56,852 nucleotides of DNA from Gonapodya sp. JEL0774 (taxonomy: Eukaryota). Numbering within the stretch: position 1 is the first letter of the stretch; every line of letters begins with the position of its first letter. A program made the position numbers and the translations under genes. The notes under the pieces are model-generated. The model was given only the letters and a program-made list of their open reading frames with translations, searched no databases and had not been told where the DNA came from. This document shows positions 11,837 through 24,400 of this stretch, piece by piece. Location: positions 1 to 56,852 of the forward strand of contig JADIIX010000142.1 of the NCBI GenBank assembly GCA_027604505.1, in the 5' to 3' direction.

Positions 11837-14800
11837 ATGGTAGCAGCTAATGGATCGCACGCAGACTCCACCACAGACTGGGCATCGGAAGCGCACCTAG
11901 ACGAGCAGGACGCACGGGCTTCTGTATTTGTCGCTGGATCATCTGGTGATGCCAAGGCATCACTTCTGGTTGGGTGGAATTTGGAAGGGAAGACAGTAAT
12001 TGTCGTTGGAAGGTTCGTTCGACAGTTAAGATACGGCTCCGAATTGGGATTGTCAGGAAAGAATGTCGGAAATTGGGAAGCGTTTTATGTGCTCGTGCCG
12101 AGCATCTTTTTTTGGACGCGCAATTGCGCAGAGCTTCACTTCTGCGTCTATTGACCTTCCGTGTATCTCCATTCGTCAGTTCCGACCTCTCCGCTTCCCG
12201 AGCTTCGGTCGCTCTTGCTGCACATCCGAAGCTTCTTCGTATCGTCACAGGTGGCTCTGAACCTTCTTCAGCGGTGCGCGCACTGGTCGGGTCAGCAAAG
12301 GAACGCCATCCCCACGTCATTGTTTCTGTCGAGTCCCGCCACCTTCTTCCAAATGTCGACCTCGTCTACCCAACTGCTCTTGTACTATGCGCCGTCGACG
12401 AGTCTGCCACTGCAAGGCGTGTGGCTTCCTTGTGCTCACAAAGAGGTATTCCCGTCAATGTGGCTGGCCACCCGGATTTATCGACGTTCCGCGTCATTGG
12501 AGGAGTTCAAGATGGCGCTGTACAGATTGGATTTACCGGCAACGGTGTGGGTGGGACCGGTATTATTGAGAAGGTCCGGTCGGCACTGGAGAAGCATCTG
12601 CCCCAAGGGCTCGGAAAGGCAGCCGAAAACGTTGACAGGCTTCGCGAAATGTGAGTAGCATGTCTGCTTGATCAGAAATCTCCCTCAATTTGAATTCTTC
12701 TAAATTTGGCATAAGTCTGTCCACCCACTCTTCTGATCCATCGAGAGTGGAAATACATCTCGCTTCACTTGTAGCCAAATCGTCCCTTCACTCTCTCGCC
12801 GTTCTTTCCGACGCGGAAATGAATGCCGCAGCTCATGCGTTTGCTCGAGGTGAGGATGCGGAGGGATTTCGCGGGTTGGAGGACAACGACGACGCCACCG
12901 AAACCGGCAGCGACGCGGGTTTTGAGGCGAACGGAAAGTATGGCACATCTTCAGTCCGAAACCCCGTACAAATAGTTAGGGTAGCAGCGTGGGAGACTGA
13001 TGCCGGAAGGGTACCGAAGGAGGTCTACGAAGCCATAGTTGGTACGTGCGCAAATTTACTTACGACACTGTCCTCAGGGTTTAAGCTCATCTTGATTATT
13101 AGATGCCGAGCTGGTAATCGCTCCATCCACACTGCCCTCTGTTTATCATCACATTGTCTCCGGTGACGTCTTCTCCGTGCGCTCATGGCGTTCTCAATCC
13201 GCACGATCAGCAGCGCTTGGCGCCTCCTCAAGAGGACTTAAAGTCACGTGGATTATTGTGGATGATGAGGATGTGGATGTGGACGAGGTGAAGAGGTGGT
13301 TTGCCACCCAGGGGACAGGCATTAAGGTTCGCTCCAAAACATTTTCGCGATCTTTCTTCATATAGCAGAAGCAAAAAACTACTCACCTTTTTGCGCTGTG
13401 TTCTCCATGCAATAGCTCATCGGGTGTCAAGAACATAACGGTGTGGCCCAGGCCGCTGAAGCGATCGCCATCCGCACAGGTTCTCGTGCCAGTACGGCGT
13501 CGTCAGCCATCCACGTTGCGCCTCCTACAGCTCACAAAAGTACCATTCACCGCCAGGGTGTACGAACGATCGCAACAACTTCTTCTGTTGTGGAACACGT
13601 CGCCACCCTTCTGTCGGACGTCGTTGTGATAGCTGGCTCTCCTCGTCCCATGCAACCCACCAACATCAGCAATATTCATGGTCTGCCCACCACCGTCATC
13701 TCTCTTCCGACTCGCACATCTTCAGGTACAGCCATTCATGGAATGGCATCGGCAGGCTCTGCCGTTGCTGCATTGGTATCCGACCAAAGCTTACCCTACA
13801 TGATTGAGGGCATTGTTGGAATGATTCGAGGCGGAAATCCTGGCGTCGTCCATGTTGAAGCCAAAGGTGTCGATCAAGGATTTGACGTCAAGGCCAGGTT
13901 TTCGGGAGTGTGGGAAGGTGCTGCTGTGGGTGCTGCTGTTCTGGTTGGAACAACAGCAGAGGAGGTGCGTTTCAAATTTACTCGCTGGTTGGCTGTTCTG
14001 GCGATCATGGTCTTTTCAAAATTTCTCAGGTGCACGACATGGCAATTGCCGCACACCTCGCGTCCCACAAAAGTCGCATTCCCTTCATCAACGTTTTCGA
14101 TGGCGCGTTCCTGGCCTCCAGCAAGAGCGTTTTGCTCACTCTCTCAAAATCCGATTTGGCCGGGATCGAAAATCATTTCCAGAACACCCATTCTGGGGTG
14201 AGTGGTCCACTAGTTGCCGCGACTGCCGCATTTGGGGTCCTTGAGCGGTTCAGCGGCAAGAAGTATCAACCGTTTGAGTACAATGGGCACCCTCAACCTT
14301 CCTTAGTTGTTGTGGCATTGTCGACAGATTCCGCTGTCTTTGAGAGCGCTGTTCACAAACTTGTTCGACAAGGTCAAAAGGTTGGCTTAATATGTGTGCG
14401 GCTGGCGAGTCCGTGGTCGATTGAACACTTTGCCACAGTACTGCCACATTCAGTGGAACGAGTTGCTGTTGTGGATCCCTCCCGTGTTGCTCGGGATGTC
14501 GGTGCAGCACAAGGCTACGTGTTTGCCCATGTTGTCTCTGCGATCCAGGAGAGGAAAGCAGTCAGAGCATTTGATATCAAGGTGGAGACGAGCATTCAGC
14601 TGACACCTGGAGTTGCCGAGAAGGTGCTCTCTATTGTTGGCAAGGCAGCAACTCATTTCAAGACCATCGTCATAGACACGGAAATCGCTGCGAGCTTGGA
14701 AGTAGCTGCTTATGCATCACAGACTCTTCGTCAAGCAGTGCTCTTTGACCTTGCCGCCAACGGCAGCACCGTTGTCGCTGATCGTGCGGTTCGTGAGTTT

Positions 14801-16885
14801 TATGGGGCAGGATTGGACACGATTGCGATGCACACCAGCTATGATGCCTTGGTTCCTGAGCCTGCTGTACGCACAGATATTCGTTTTGGCCAGGGTGACG
14901 CTCCGAGCCATGTATCAGATTTTGCAGATTACGTTGCCTTCCACCAGGCTAGTCTACTTGCGAGGTACAACGGAGTGGCTTCGCTGAAACCGAACGGCGT
15001 CGTTTTGGTGAATACACCGTGGTCTTCAATCGAGGAATTGGAAAAGGAACTCTCAGAAGAAGTGAAAAAAAGCTTGTCCGCGAAGAGTGCTCAGCTGTAC
15101 CTCGTCGATGTGGAAAAACTTGCTCACGTGTTCACTCAGTTTGTCGGAGACAAAAAAGAATATGCGCACATCATTCTGGAAGGCCTCTTCTATCATTTTG
15201 CAACTCAGACTCCTAACGCGAATGTCGAAGCCTTGGTTGCACGGATTCATGGATCATTCCAGCATTTTGGAGTGCGAAGGAGTCTCATTCGAGCGGTGCG
15301 GAAAGCAATCAAGATTGCACACAAAATACCCATCCCAACGACGTGGGGACGGCTTCATGCTCACCGCCTCCTGCCCGTCATCCCTTCCTCTGTACCCATT
15401 GGTGTTGCAGCGCCAGCTGTGGATTACTTCTCCCCCAAGGTCTCTAAATCGCACACTGCTGGATGGAAGTTAGTGTTTCCCGAAGCGTATGATGTTCAAC
15501 ATGCCCTCCGACCAGACACCGGAGATGCAACTCTTGCAACTGTAAGCGAACGCTTGCGTGTCACCCCAGATTCGTACGATCGCAACATATTTCATATGGA
15601 AATCGATATTGCTGGAACGGGGATGACGTACAACGGTTTGGGCGAAGCGCTGGGCGTGTACGCGCACAATGACGATCAGGAGGTGTCAGATTTCCTGCGA
15701 TGGTACGGTATCGATCCACACGAACTGGTGGATGTTGGCCTCAAGACGAAAGAGGGAAATGTACTTCTCGAAAGCAGAACTGCGGAACATGTGTTCGGCC
15801 AGGTTACGGATATCTTTGGTAAGCCCGGCAAAAGCTTTTACAAGGTGGGTTTCTGCTGCAAACTGTCAAACTGTTAAATGCCATCCAAGCGACATGCTCA
15901 CAATCTCCCCACAGAATCTCGCTGTGTTTGCCAAGGATCTTTCCCAGCGGAATAAGCTTCTCTGGATTGGATCTTCTGATGGCTCACATGAGTTCGACCG
16001 CAGGGCCGAACAAACTGTCACCTACGCGGATATCCTCCACGAGTTCACTTCCGCTCGGCCAACCTTCTCTCAACTCGTTCAATTGATTCCACCTATGAAG
16101 CCCAGGGCGTACTCGATTGCCTCAGCTGCGTCCATGCATCCCACAAAGGTGCATTTGCTCATCGTGCTAGTGGATTGGACGGATGCTTTTGGAAGGAAGA
16201 GACAGGGACAAGCTACTCGATATCTTTCAAGCATAAAACCTGGCCAAAAGATTGCGGTGACGATAAAACCTTCAATCATGAAATTACCACCGCTTTCTAC
16301 TGCACCGGTGGTTATGTCTGGTCTTGGTGCGTGGTAATGATGCCTCGATTGGAGCAAATTTTGTGTTGACGGTTTCTTCTCTTTGCAGGTACTGGAATGG
16401 CACCTTTCCGCACCTTTATTCAGGCGCGTGCAATGCAGAAGCAAGCTAAACAGAGTATTGGTCCTATGAGCCTTTACTTTGGTGCTCGCCATCGCTCGCA
16501 GGAGTATCTCTATGGGGAGGAAATGGATGCATGGCACGACGATGATATTCTCACGCACCTGCGACTCGCCTTCAGTCGAGATCAAAAGGACAAGGTTTAT
16601 ATTCAACACAAGATGTACGAGGATGCCGCCGCACTGTTCGACCTGCTCGTAAAGCAGAAAGGCAGCTTCTATTTGTGTGGACCGGTTAGTTCTGCGGGAG
16701 TTTTCTTTTAACGTTGTCCCCGCTCTCTCTCAATCTGCCGCTCTCCCCGCTAGGTGTGGCCCGTCCCTGACGTCACAGAGGCAATCCTACGCGCATTTGA
16801 GCATGGCGGTCTAACTCGCTCCCAGGCGGAGAATTTACTGGAAGAAATGAAGGAAGAGGAGCGGTTCGTTTTGGAAGTGTACTGA
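11837..16885 (+). CDS. MET10: Sulfite reductase flavoprotein (alpha) subunit with N-terminal degenerate Met1/CysG (siroheme synthase)-like module, 1466 aa
   Basis: Nine exons in continuous phase: 11837-12012, 12180-12650, 12716-13041, 13103-13326, 13416-13964, 14030-15844, 15915-16326, 16389-16684, 16754-16885. PFOR-like segments (EEVHDMAIAAHLAS, FEYNG), FAD-binding (TPDSYDRNIFHME, PRAYSIAS) and NADP-binding (GLGTGMAPFR, EYLYGEE, AFSRDQ..KVYIQ, FYLCGP, ...VLEVY*). Confidence 0.9.
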
Positions 16886-17037
16886 ACGGTTGTCCTCGGT
16901 GCAGAATCTAGAGGTGTAGCATTGACTCGGGCTTCTCCCAAACGCAATACGATGCATTACCGTATCCTATTTAGACTAGCGCAATACAACTACCACTATT
17001 CCGTAATTCTCAACCTGAAATTGTGACACCGATTGCT

Positions 17038-17997
17038 CTAATACTGGCCACATTCAGTGATTACTACCGGCACCTTGGGGCGGTTGTTAACTCCAGTAGG
17101 TACGTTCTCAATTTTTCGGAGAGTGAGGAGACCATCCACTAGCTTGCCGAACACGACATGTTTGCCATCGAGGAAGGGTGCTGGTGCACATGTTATAAAG
17201 AACTATTGGAAAACGAAAATCAAATTGGGTGTGGAAGAAAACTCCAAAGACCCAAGCGATTCGCCGCGTAGAGGAAAAGTATGTCATCGTGCAAGGTGGA
17301 GGACTCCCCTACTTTACTTGTGTCATCATCCCTTGCCTCGGGTACTCTTCCTCTAATCGCCCAAAGACAATTCGTATAAGAAGGTTCCCAAACACACCTG
17401 ACATCCGTTCGTATTTTTGCCTGCGTTGGCCATGCTGAGCAAGCCCGCGGCCGTGTGTTTCACAGTGAAACTCTCATCCTCAAACGTATCGCCGTAAATG
17501 GAATAGGACCCCGTCCCATCACCTTTGAGGAAATCCCCTCCTTGAACCATGAAGTCTGTTTCAAAAGCACCCAGAGTACGGAGGGCAAGGAGGAGAAGGG
17601 AGACGGAAGTATGGCAAGGAGCGCAGACAATCCGAACCAAACGGTAAACAGCTGCAATACGGGAGAATGGAATACGGCGAGCTCACCTTTGATCACTCTG
17701 TGAATCTGCGCACCTTTGTATCCTTGGGGGAGGTTGTTGCGTCTATGCTCGCCTGTGCAGAACTGTCTGAAGTTCTCAGCTGTCTTGGGCACTTGAAAGA
17801 GTAGCGGAGTTGCCCAGAAACGGCGCGTAGACAATCCAATGAAGTGGAGGCGCGACACCCGTGAATGGCTTGTAGCAAGCAGAAACTGTGACACCATATC
17901 GCTCACCGACGTCGGCAAAGAGTTCCATTTTGATCCTCCCAGCTGGAGCCCCACCGATGGACACGTCAAAGAATACTATGGGATTCTCGCTCGACAT
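17038..17997 (-). CDS. PPIH: Peptidyl-prolyl isomerase H (cyclophilin H, U4/U6 snRNP)
   Basis: NPIVFFD.SIGG...[74 protein letters not shown], ending ITECGQY*. Confidence 0.92.
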
Positions 17998-18403
17998 GTT
18001 GATGTTGGTCTGAGCGGATTGCCCGAGGATCCAAACCGTTTCAGCAATCCAACGCTAATAAATAGAATGAGAATGTACAGAAAGGCATAATAATAGCACT
18101 AGTGTGCCCGAGCCAGCCGGTACCCCAAACCGGACTAGATGTTGGAGCCACACAAATGGCAATGGTGCAAGGCCAGGAGAACAAGTAAGACCGACTTCGC
18201 ATAAATTTAGTTACCCGGTTGAATCTTGTTGCTCACGAAATGGCCTCGATTTCATTTATTTAGAGAGGTTGGTCAAAGCCGTCAAGGGGCTATACAAAAG
18301 CTGGTATGCAAGAATGAATTTAACATACAACATACAATGGTGCAAGTTTTACTGCAGTGCAAGTTCATTTTCATGTCCGCCTCGCTGGTTTAACCCAACC
18401 GTT

Positions 18404-21400
18404 TCAAGACAGGTGGAACGCCCCCTTCCCTTCACTACAGGCAAGCAAAATCTTCTCCTTCATCACTTCCTTCTTGCTGTAGTCAGGAAGTTTCAGGTAG
18501 TTGACACATGTCATAACAGAAGGCAAATAGTCATCCGATTGGTGGGGGGGGTCTGGCACTTTGCATACTACTGTGAGTGGTGGAGAGAGATTGCGGAAGC
18601 CGCCCATGGGGAGTTTAGGTGAGCCTGTAACAAACTGCGTAAACTCGCGGCGTTCGATTGGTGACATTGCAGACATGAGCTCCAAGAGATGTTTGATGGC
18701 GCGTGATTCCATTGTGTACCCATGATCAGCCTTGACAGTCTCCACCAGGGCTGAAAAGGTAAGTGAGCTCCTTGAGGTAACAAATCCAAAATCACAATTT
18801 AACTGAGAAACTCACTTTGATGTGACCAATCTTCATTTTGGGCACCCCCAAACAAGACACTGAGCTCATCGATAGTGAAAATCCGTAGATCAGTGACTGG
18901 AAATACACTGTCGAAGCCCAACTGGAACGCCAGCACTTGACTGCGAATCCCAGAGCCCAGTGTAAGATCAATGACGGCCTTCACGTATTCCTCGACATTA
19001 TCTAAAGTGACCATTTTCTCTTTCCCACCCGCGACAAATTCTATGTCGGGGTAGCCTGGAAGTGTAAAGTCCAGCGTCAGATCCTCGATTGATGCTCCAT
19101 CGACGCGAATAGACGCGATTCGGTCCGCCATGGAACCGTCAGCGGAAGGAGACGGGTTTGACAGCAGTTGTCGCTTCAATTGAATGTACTTGTCAATGTG
19201 ATAGATGGATTGCGCAAGAGTGGGGTCCACAAACTTCGAAACAATCCATCAAGGCGATTGTAAGTCCGTGCATCCTTGGAATCAATTGGCGTTTCTTTAC
19301 GAACCTTGAGATAATGCAAGCCTTCCACCTCCCACCAGTCACTTCCTCCTTGCGCCCGCGAAACCGACCATGCATTCAATTTCGAGGAACCATCTTTGGA
19401 GATAACGTACCGGAGAAACATTGGGTGAAGTGGCAGGTCAATCAATCGATTATCCAAGAGAGCTTTTGCTACGAATGCTCCCAACATTTTGAAGAGGTGA
19501 ATGATATGCCTGTTTGGGATAATGGAGTGAGTGCTGCAAATTAGAACGAGTCAGAGAATCAGTAATACGCACTTTCCCTCTTCGGTTTGGCGCATAACAG
19601 CGCTCAAAGGAGCGGGGAAGAGACCCCTTGGAGCATTGACGTAACTATTTTGGTCATTCTTTGTCCTGCATGCACCATCATCGTCTCGCCACAGCAGTCG
19701 TGACTTTTTGCGAATTTCCGTGCAGACAAGGCTGTAGAACTCCAAAGTTGGACCGAGACCAGTGCCAACCTCGTCAAAAAATTCAACCTCTAATAGCGCT
19801 TGACTACTGGAATAGAGCTCCATTATCTTCACCATGCTATCTAACAGCCGGCTCCTGCTGATCCGAACTTTTGAACGCTGAACCCTACCAAGAGTCTGAG
19901 GTTCTCGCATCGAAGAAGAACTCTGTGGATTCGCCTGCTGCTGCTGCCATCGCATCATACTGCGACTGTAACCGAAAGAAGTACTCTGAAAAAATGTCCA
20001 ACGTGTGTCAAAATTGACGAGAAAGCTGAGCTCCCGGGACACCGCAGTACACCAATCAGGAAGCACGTGACTAGCAACGATAAGAGGCTCATCTAACTGA
20101 CGACCAACTTTGGCGGTAATTTTTGAGTTCACAAAAGCACTATCGGGAAGTGCTGCAATGACACCCGGGTGAGTGGACAAATCAGTAATTGTCGGAACAA
20201 TTGCCTTGGCGTCCTGATCCATAGCAGGTAATTCAAATTCCGCTTCCGCCATTATGGTTTCTTCCTCGAGAGGATTGTTCGTAAAAACCTCACGGGAAGC
20301 CATTTCGGCGACAATTTTGTGCCTGTCCCTAATGTAGAGATCGGACCAGAACGTGTTGATTCCATAGAGCGCACGAAGAAGGTACAGTGCCATGCCATTG
20401 ACACTTTTCGGGGATATGCCTTGAACCAAATTCTGATGGTAAGGAGGATCAGGTGGTTCTTGATCATTCCACACCGAACTCAGTTGCCCTGAGCTGAGAC
20501 TCGTTGACCCGTCGTCGACTGGCAGTTGCGAATATGTCCTTTCGAGTGTATCTGGTGAAACAGATAACGACGCACCATGGGGAACGGGAGCATCAACTGG
20601 CACTTTTCGGAACGAAATAGAATAGGTTTGTGACCAGACATTGACCGGAGAAAATGTTGCCTGACTGGATCCATTTTGAAGCAGATGAGCTGTTCGATGA
20701 TCTCCCGAATCATTCTGCTGTCTCCACTTTGCTTGTTGTTGTTCATAGAGCCAGCAGGCAGCGAAAATTGTCATCTCTCGACCTGCCGAAATAGGACGAC
20801 CACGATTCGAATCTGCGAGGCTGAATACCAGTTTGAATCGTGTCGGGTCAGGCACTGACGAGGAGGAAGAAGCGTCCACTTTTGACGATGTGTCACTGGT
20901 GCAGTTAGGTCCAGATGGAGCAGGAAGGGCTGTCTCGTCCTGAGCGACCATTTCTGCGATGGCACGGGTAACTCGTGAGCTCGTCCCAGGCGCTGTCGAG
21001 TCTCCATCAGCAACTGATGGATCCTCCACTTCCTGCACGACTCTCGGCTTCCCTGATTCCGTCGATCCAGAAGCATCCTTCCGAGCCAAGGCAGCACGAG
21101 AAGTATCTATAGTGTCATCCAAAGGGACTTGACTTTGAGCGAACAAAGCAGTGGAACCAGCAGTCGGTTCGATCTCGTCGTCTTTCACACTAATATCCAC
21201 CACATCATCCGACAGCCCTGAGGTGGAGGGTCTTTGCTGTCCAGAATTTTCGGAAATTTCATTGCCTTTGGCATCCTTGCGTCTCCTAATCGCACGATGC
21301 TGCCTGAGCTCCTCCTCAGCGTGAATAAGAAGATCGCTCATATCCATGGCCTGAGACAATCAGGAGGCAAAACTCGTTAATCTTCTCAAAACCAATCTTC

Positions 21401-24400
21401 TCAACTGGGAGCAAGCTCACCTCGTCCTCCTCATCGCTGTCGTCTCTCTCATCATCTACGCTGTCATTTTGGTCCACGAGTTCCTCTGGACAGTTAAGAG
21501 CGTCGTCCTTCCTTGCAGCATCGCCAGGGTCAGGAATCGCATCTGCGCCATCGTCATCGTCTTCTATGTCTTTTTTATCCTCTCCACCACTATCGACATC
21601 CATGACATCACCGAAATTTTTTTCTACAGCCGCTTCCTCCTCACCATGCTGTTCGGAAGGATTCCCGTCATCCGGTACAACAGTCTTAGGCAACCCACCC
21701 GCCACTGATTCACCTCCTCCAGAAGTACTCGAAGTAATGTCCTTTCCAAAATCGAGGTTTCCCACTTTCGGCTTTAGATATTCCTCCAGGGTTCGGAACG
21801 TCGCAACAGCATGGATACTGACCATGAGATTGTGATAATTCTTTGGCACATTCTGCTGGTCTTCAGCTGTAATTCGAATCTTGATTTGCTTTGCGAGTTG
21901 AAACGCAGGATTCTGAACAGATCCGAGGAGCGATGATAACATGCCATCGTAAATTGATGGCACAGAGCTGCCGAAACCGCTCCCAGCAAAAGCTGTTGCA
22001 ACATCAAACTTCTCCGTACGAGAAACCACCGAATGAAGGCGCTTAACAAGATTTCGGAATGCTTCAGGTATATATGTACCAGTGCCCGCAGAGGGGTAAT
22101 AGGGTGGTGGACCATTCATGAACACATGAATGAACGCCTTTAAGCGAGTAGAAATAGGTGGTGGTGAGGAGGTAAGACCAGTTGAACTCTCCGAGGTGAA
22201 CTTTGCGTGCTCATGCGTGGTTTCCAAGTAGGAGGAAAAAGCTTCAACGATCTTGCTCTCAGCTAGTTCAAAGGTGGTCACGCCTCGCCCATCTTCACTG
22301 GACCCAACTCCTGTAAACAGTTTCGCTAATCTTGCTAGAGTTTGGATCCTTGCGGGATCACGTTTATCCTCTTCTCTTGCCATCCAACGCGAATCCATGT
22401 ACAAGTCGCCCCCCAAGATTCGAAGCTCAGTTAGAACTTGGCCTTCACCAGCATTCGCCTCTGCGCCGTAGGAACTTAAGATTTTTTGGCAAAGATCGGT
22501 GACATACAGGCGGACGTCTGGTTCTGGATAACGTTGGCCATTCATGCCAGATACCAGAGGCACAGGCAATGTGCGATTTGTCGAGGCACCAATCTTCCTT
22601 GAGGAAGCGCCATCTGAGCTCGTTGCCGTATCACCACCACTCAGTCGATCGAGCATTCTGAGCACTGTCTCGGTTCCTTGATGCTGCTTTGCTTGAATCA
22701 ACGTGATCTCCGGGCTGGATCCAGACATCCCTGGCTGCGATGAGGCCACAACGCTACCGGCCGCAGAGCTGCGCTCCACAAGAGAAGGTATATGTTTCTC
22801 CTTTCCCTTGAGACGAGCTGAGCGCCGCCTTGCTTCTGTAACCTCATCTTTTGCATCATCGTTATCCACGTCAGGCATTTCAACATCAACATTCGTTGCC
22901 TCGTTTTCCTTGGTCGGTTGAAAGGACTCACTTTCCTTAGTGCTACCGACAACAGAAAAATGTGATTCGATGGGTTGAACTTCCATATTGCTCACACTCG
23001 ATTGGCCTGAAACTACTTTCAATCCTTCCAGGAATTTGCCACCAACATGTGTGGTGAGTCCAGACGATGCAAGCTCGCTCAACGTATCCGACGTTGGAGG
23101 TTTAATGTAAGCACTATGGTTGGATAACGATAGAGGTGCTACTGTGCCAGTTTTCTTTTCAGCAGACTCACGAACTTTCGAAACTTCAAACACTACGCCT
23201 TCCCTGACGAAAGTTTTACGATATTCAGGTGGACCTATTTCAAGGATGATGTCCACACCTTGCAGCCCTGCAGCTAAGCTTGACAGCCCTTCTGCACGAC
23301 GCAAATCTGCAGACGCCACTGGCCCATACTTGGCTTCTTGTGACACAGGACCACACGAAAACGCGAGATCTCGTCCCACGCCGATCAAGTTGGATAGAAA
23401 GGCACCAATTGCTCTGGACCGTACGAGAACATCACTCAATCCTTCAGTGCCCGCGATGTTACCGCACCACCAAAGAAGCTTGAGGAAGAGCTGAACACAC
23501 ATCCGGCGAACGCTCTGTTGGGCGGTCGCGGCATGCACCTCAAACAAAATCGGTAAAAAATCGCCGCTGAATCTAATGAGCGCCGCCGTATCCGTTTTAT
23601 AAAGTTCACAGAGTGTTTTGTCGCGGATGGCTGTTTGTTCAGCAACGGTGAGAGGAGCCAATCTGCTGGCCTGCCCGGTTATGTTCACGTCCTGAGCAAC
23701 CATTCCTCCTTCTTCATGCGAACCATCCGGCTCGTCTTCATAATCTTCGTCATTCTCATCGTTGTCACCTTCCTCTTCTTCAGGTTCGGTGTGCTCACGG
23801 TCCCCATCTCCACTCGCATCGCTAAGATCTTCCTTTCCTCCTGTGCGAATTTCATCCGCCCCACTTGAGTTTATGAGTGCATTCGCGGTCACGATGTTGC
23901 CCAGCGCTAAGTCTTCTTCATTGTTGGCGCTCATCACAATATCTGCTTGATTGCCGGCAACCCCCTTCGGTGGCACGCTCTCAATGCTCGAAGTTCGAAC
24001 TTCTTCGGTCAAATTTTGGATTGCAGCTTCCTTTTGCAACTGCGGAGACCCAGCTGACTCGGCTGAGACACCTTCCGGAAGTGATTGCGGCTCATACTTC
24101 TTGCGGCTCATATCCCATGTTCCGTCTGCAAGGTTGTTGGAGGGTTGTGTGAGTGTTTTTCATGGCAAGCAATCTCTTTGCACCACCAACCTTTTGGCAA
24201 CCCCATAACTACCTCTGCAGCAAGTGCAAGTGTTTCCGTCAGTTGTTCTGCAGACATTTTCCCCACATCCGAGACCACACGCTCAGCCAAAGATACTCCG
24301 GGTGCACTAACAGCGGCCGCCCCATCAACTTCATCATCTTCAGGATGGCCCTCGTCAGCAATGACGCCCCCACAAAGGAGTCCACGGAAGACGACAATAA

